Below are positions 60,241-64,000 of a stretch of DNA of 64,000 nucleotides, in pieces. The notes below the pieces were generated by a model. The model did no database searches. It had not been told where the DNA came from and was given only the letters and a program-made list of their open reading frames with translations. The translations under genes and the position numbers were made by a program. The stretch is from Podarcis muralis (lineage: Eukaryota): the NCBI RefSeq assembly GCF_964188315.1, contig NC_135660.1, positions 48,484,001 to 48,548,000 on the forward strand, written 5' to 3'. Positions within the stretch are counted from its first letter, which is position 1. Each line of letters begins with the position of its first letter.

Positions 60241-60949
60241 CATGGAAGTCATGAACTCATGCTGTAGTCAACATTTTAAAGAACCTGCAGCTACCTGAAT
60301 ATGCAGATGTAAACCAGCTGTAAGTTTTATTTCATGGCCTTCAATGGGGATTGGACAATATATGAATTAGAACCAAGTATTTTGTCAGACTTCTTCACAG
60401 AATACACCAAAGATTGATGCTGACTTTCTGAAGAACACCATTATGAGAAAAAGAAAAGTGTTTCCAGTCTTAACTCAGGCCATTATCTCTGCAGATGACT
60501 TTCCGCCTTTGCCATCTGCAGGCTTCTACAGTGCTTATTTTGGACGTCCAAGTTGTTTCCTTCATACTCTAGCTAAGAATTGTCCTACCAGCACCTCTTC
60601 CCAAAAACCAATGAGAAATCGCTTGGCTTGCATATCTGTACGTACATTTGATCAGAGTAATGACCATATATATGTGTACATATGTAGGGTTCTTTTCAGA
60701 TACGGCCTACCTGAGTCATGGCTGGAAAATACGTTGACATGGAGGCAGCATGGCTACTGGTCACCATCCTGCTCTCCTGACCCCCTTGTGTTCATTGAAT
60801 GCATAGAGAAATGTCTTCTGAGGAGAACGAGAGACAATTCCCCATCTTCCACTGCTGCTCTTCTCTTGCGACTGATTTTGCAAATAGCAAACTGAAGACT
60901 GCCTTGCCCCTGCCATACTGGGTTCTGTGGGAGAGTCACTGGGTCACTG

Positions 60950-61270
60950 GGTTCTGTGGGAGAGTTGTGGCCCGCAAGCCCCTAAAATATCTCAGATCCA
61001 TTCCACAACAACTCAGAGCAAGATTTTCAGTGTGGCTGCCCCTGTTCTGTGGAATAGCATCCCTGTTGAGAAGATACAACAGGCCCTAGCTATTGGTCGT
61101 TTCCAGAAGGAATGGAATACATTTTTGTTTCAGCAAACTTTTCCAACTGTTTGAAATTTTGAGGTGCTTATTTGTATTGATTTAAAACCCATATTCAACA
61201 GCATTGCTTTTTAGCCTATTTTTCTGCATGGATGTAAATCAACCTGAGACTTATGTGAAAGCTGATTCAT
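60950..61270 (+). mobile_element. Older L2 LINE 3' end
   Basis: KIFSVAAPVLWNSIP...FQKEWNTFLFQQTF resembles the L2 ORF2 C-terminal motif RAFSVAAPxLWNSLP...FKKxLKTxLF. Confidence 0.65.
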
Positions 61271-61541
61271 AAATTGATGATGGAACTAAATTAAAAAGGA
61301 ATATTATTTTATGGGGGTGTATTTCTGTGCCCATTTCTCTCAAAAAGTCTCTGCTCAGTGACACCTCGTCTTACAACTAATCCCTATTTCACAAATCCTA
61401 TTTTTAAAAATCAATACATTTTAACTTATCATTTAGAAATTTTGGGACTTAGCTACACAGCTGCAAATATAATGTTAAGTGCATTTTAAGTACATTATAC
61501 AGATATGACACTAGATGTGAATGGTGAGTTTATGGCAAATT

Positions 61542-61543
<2 letters not shown>

Positions 61544-61583
<40 letters not shown>
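61544..61583. repeat. (AT)n microsatellite inside an interspersed repeat
   Basis: Direct read. Confidence 0.97.
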
Positions 61584-61588
<5 letters not shown>

Positions 61589-63575
61589 GATTTAAAGCAT
61601 TTTCACAGTGTTTTTTATATATGTCTAGATTCCACCTTGGAAATGGGGCATGTCTCAAACTGTCTTGAAGCAGGCCTCTGAAAGAGCAATCAGAAAAGTA
61701 AATAAGGTTGCCATTATGTATATTAAGGAAAGGTGATTTGAATTAAATACGTGTTAAGTGTTGGGAGACTGGATATAGTGGCAAATTCACACCCAAGGGT
61801 AGTCTGTCAGGAATTAGGAAGAAACACTGATGCACAACAACTAAAGAGGGAGGTAGAATGAGAGAGCAAGAAATACAAGAAATTATTCATGAACCTTTGT
61901 TGAGTCCAAAATGAGGTTTGGGACTGGTTTGAAAATAGAAAGCAGGAAATCAATCTATGTCATCATTCTATGTCCAATATGGGTCGATTCACCTTAAAAA
62001 AGAAAAAGAAAAAGTCTTCCTGGCTCAAACACTCCTGCAATGAAATGTTTCATTTTTTGAAAGGTTCAGAAGAGATGCTTTACACAGCAGGACATAAATT
62101 CCCTCACTTTTACCATCTACCCTGTCAAAAATGAAATGCAGACCAGTTCCTGCAGGTTCTGTAAAAGGCATTTATTAAATGATATTTTGGGTCATAAAAG
62201 GGGCATTAACATAGAAACAGCCTCCTATATTTCTGCAGGCCAACAGGAGACGACAGTTCAAGAAATATATTTTCACAAAGATTGGGAAAATGGGCAAGAA
62301 CATTGTTAATTCATTATCTGTTTTTGTTAGATGGGTGCAGCCTGAAATATAGAATAAGAAAAGGGCAGGAACTTTTTCTTTAATACTACTGCTCATTGGT
62401 AAAATTTACAGCTCTACCTATTGGTGAAAGTGAAGAACAGCTAATTCACCTTGCTTGGTCTAAGGGCAGATGGGGAGCCTTCACAATGCTGACAACAAAT
62501 AATTTGGTATTTAGAACCATACAAAAGCATATGAAAATGCTAGACATGTGAATATACTTTTCTGTAATATGCATCTTTTGACCCATGGTGGAGTCAAATG
62601 ACATTTAGACAAATGGGTGGGAGGTACTGAAGATAACTGGATTGGGATAAGCTGTTTTTGCAACATTGATCGACCCTTTAATGAAGTTTGGGGCTCTGTG
62701 TCAAATGGACAATGGGCAGACTGTGGAAAAATGGTGACTAACAATCCAGATTATAGAAAGAGGGCTGTCTTTTTTGTGTTAGAACCATGGATGCTGAGAA
62801 GAACATGCCTGAAATAGCCACAAGGGATTAGCAAATTGGAAGGGGATGGATTTTAGCTAGACTCCATCAGGATGAGCAAAGCCCATCATGCAGAATGAAC
62901 AGCATAATTTGGTAGTGATCAATATTACCCCAAAACTCTGTCATTCACACAGAAATCTGCAATACTTTCAACAAAGCTTCCACAACCCTTAAGCAAATAT
63001 CCATTATTGTCATACTTACATCAACCACATTTTACATTGTCTCGCTCATTCGTTCCTTGCAATATTTTGAGCCTTTGCCATACCACCCCATGCGTTGTCA
63101 AAACCATCCAGCGATGCCAGGTACAAGCTAAAAGTGGACAAGGACACTAACTCCTGACAAAGCATTAAGGAAGACAGTGATGCACTGTGACCTATAGCAT
63201 AGTACATGCCATTCTCTTATGTAACAGGCTACACAATCTAGGATACATGGCACCGGGAGTGGCTTTTCCAGTGGGGTGGGGTCACCAACAGAGCCAATTC
63301 TGTGTTCCCCGTCCAGTGACCCTCATGCAGTGCCAACCTTGCCACAACCTCCACCTCCCTCCCCCCAGTAGACTATTGCTGCAGCTCCACCACATCAAGC
63401 AAGCCTGTTTGGAACCTGTGAGCAGATATTTTGAAAATATAAAGCCTGTTTCAGTCATGTGAAAAACTGAGTAATTATTGCATCGATGAAAAAAACTTTA
63501 AAATTGGCTAAAACTTTGAAAATATAGGTGGTATTCATGTCAAAATCCAGTTCATGAAGTCTGGAAAATCTATTA

Positions 63576-63805
63576 CAGTCATACCTTGGGTTACAGACAC
63601 TTCAGGTTGCGTTTTTTCAGGTTATGGACCCGCTGCAACCCAGAAGTACCAGAACGGGTTACTTCCGGGTTTCAGCAGTCGCTCATGCGCAGAAGCGCCG
63701 AATCACAACCCACGCATGCGCAAATGCGCCACTGCGGGTTGCGAACACTGCAGGTTGCGAACATGCATCCCTCACAGATCACGTTCGCAACCCAAGCGTC
63801 CACTG
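63576..63805. mobile_element. Tc1/mariner MITE family B
   Basis: TA TSDs; imperfect TIR cagtcataccttgggtt / aacccaagcgtccactg; internal ggttgcgaac repeats. Confidence 0.75.
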
Positions 63806-64000
63806 TATATCTTTTGGAAAGTTGTTTGTTCACATTTGGACCCCTCTTCAGATGTTGTGACCAAATTTTGCATGATGGCTCCTGAGATGAAGGAACAAGT
63901 TTTAATCTATAGTTGGATACAATTTTGCATCAAGATGGTGGACTGAACCTATCAAAATTGCCCAATTTGTTTTGGTTCCTTAGAAGTCTCAAGTTATTCT

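Noticed and set aside
63020-63127. Minus-strand 108-nt exon candidate with good splice motifs
   Set aside because: Stops in all three frames
1-64000. CRISPR array, operon or other prokaryotic system
   Set aside because: No regularly spaced repeat-spacer units and no gene-dense regions; recurring sequences are dispersed TEs with TSDs

Overview
This is vertebrate nuclear DNA, not prokaryotic. BovB LINEs, Sauria SINEs and Squam3-type SINEs together indicate a squamate reptile; the repeat set looks like a lacertid lizard to me, from recollection only. The window is intronic or intergenic, AT-rich and TE-rich, with two assembly gaps. I found no host protein-coding exon, RNA gene or CRISPR-like array that I can call confidently. 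The only confident CDS is the uninterrupted 1010-aa endonuclease/RT ORF of a full-length, TSD-flanked BovB (10727-13945). Also present: five truncated BovB copies, three Sauria SINEs, Squam3/MIR-type SINEs, CR1, L2 and L1-like tails, two Tc1/mariner-type MITE families, many hAT MITEs with 8-bp TSDs, and 2-4 solo LTRs. I see no convincing new biological system. The best leads are the intact BovB and its patchy, A>G-biased divergence from local copies, a templated BovB 5' junction, a head-to-head BovB pair, a solo LTR nested in a MITE, hairpin MITEs with a shared core but different termini, and a speculative chain of four phase-compatible minus-strand exons. All comparisons were made by eye, and family names come from recognition rather than database searches.
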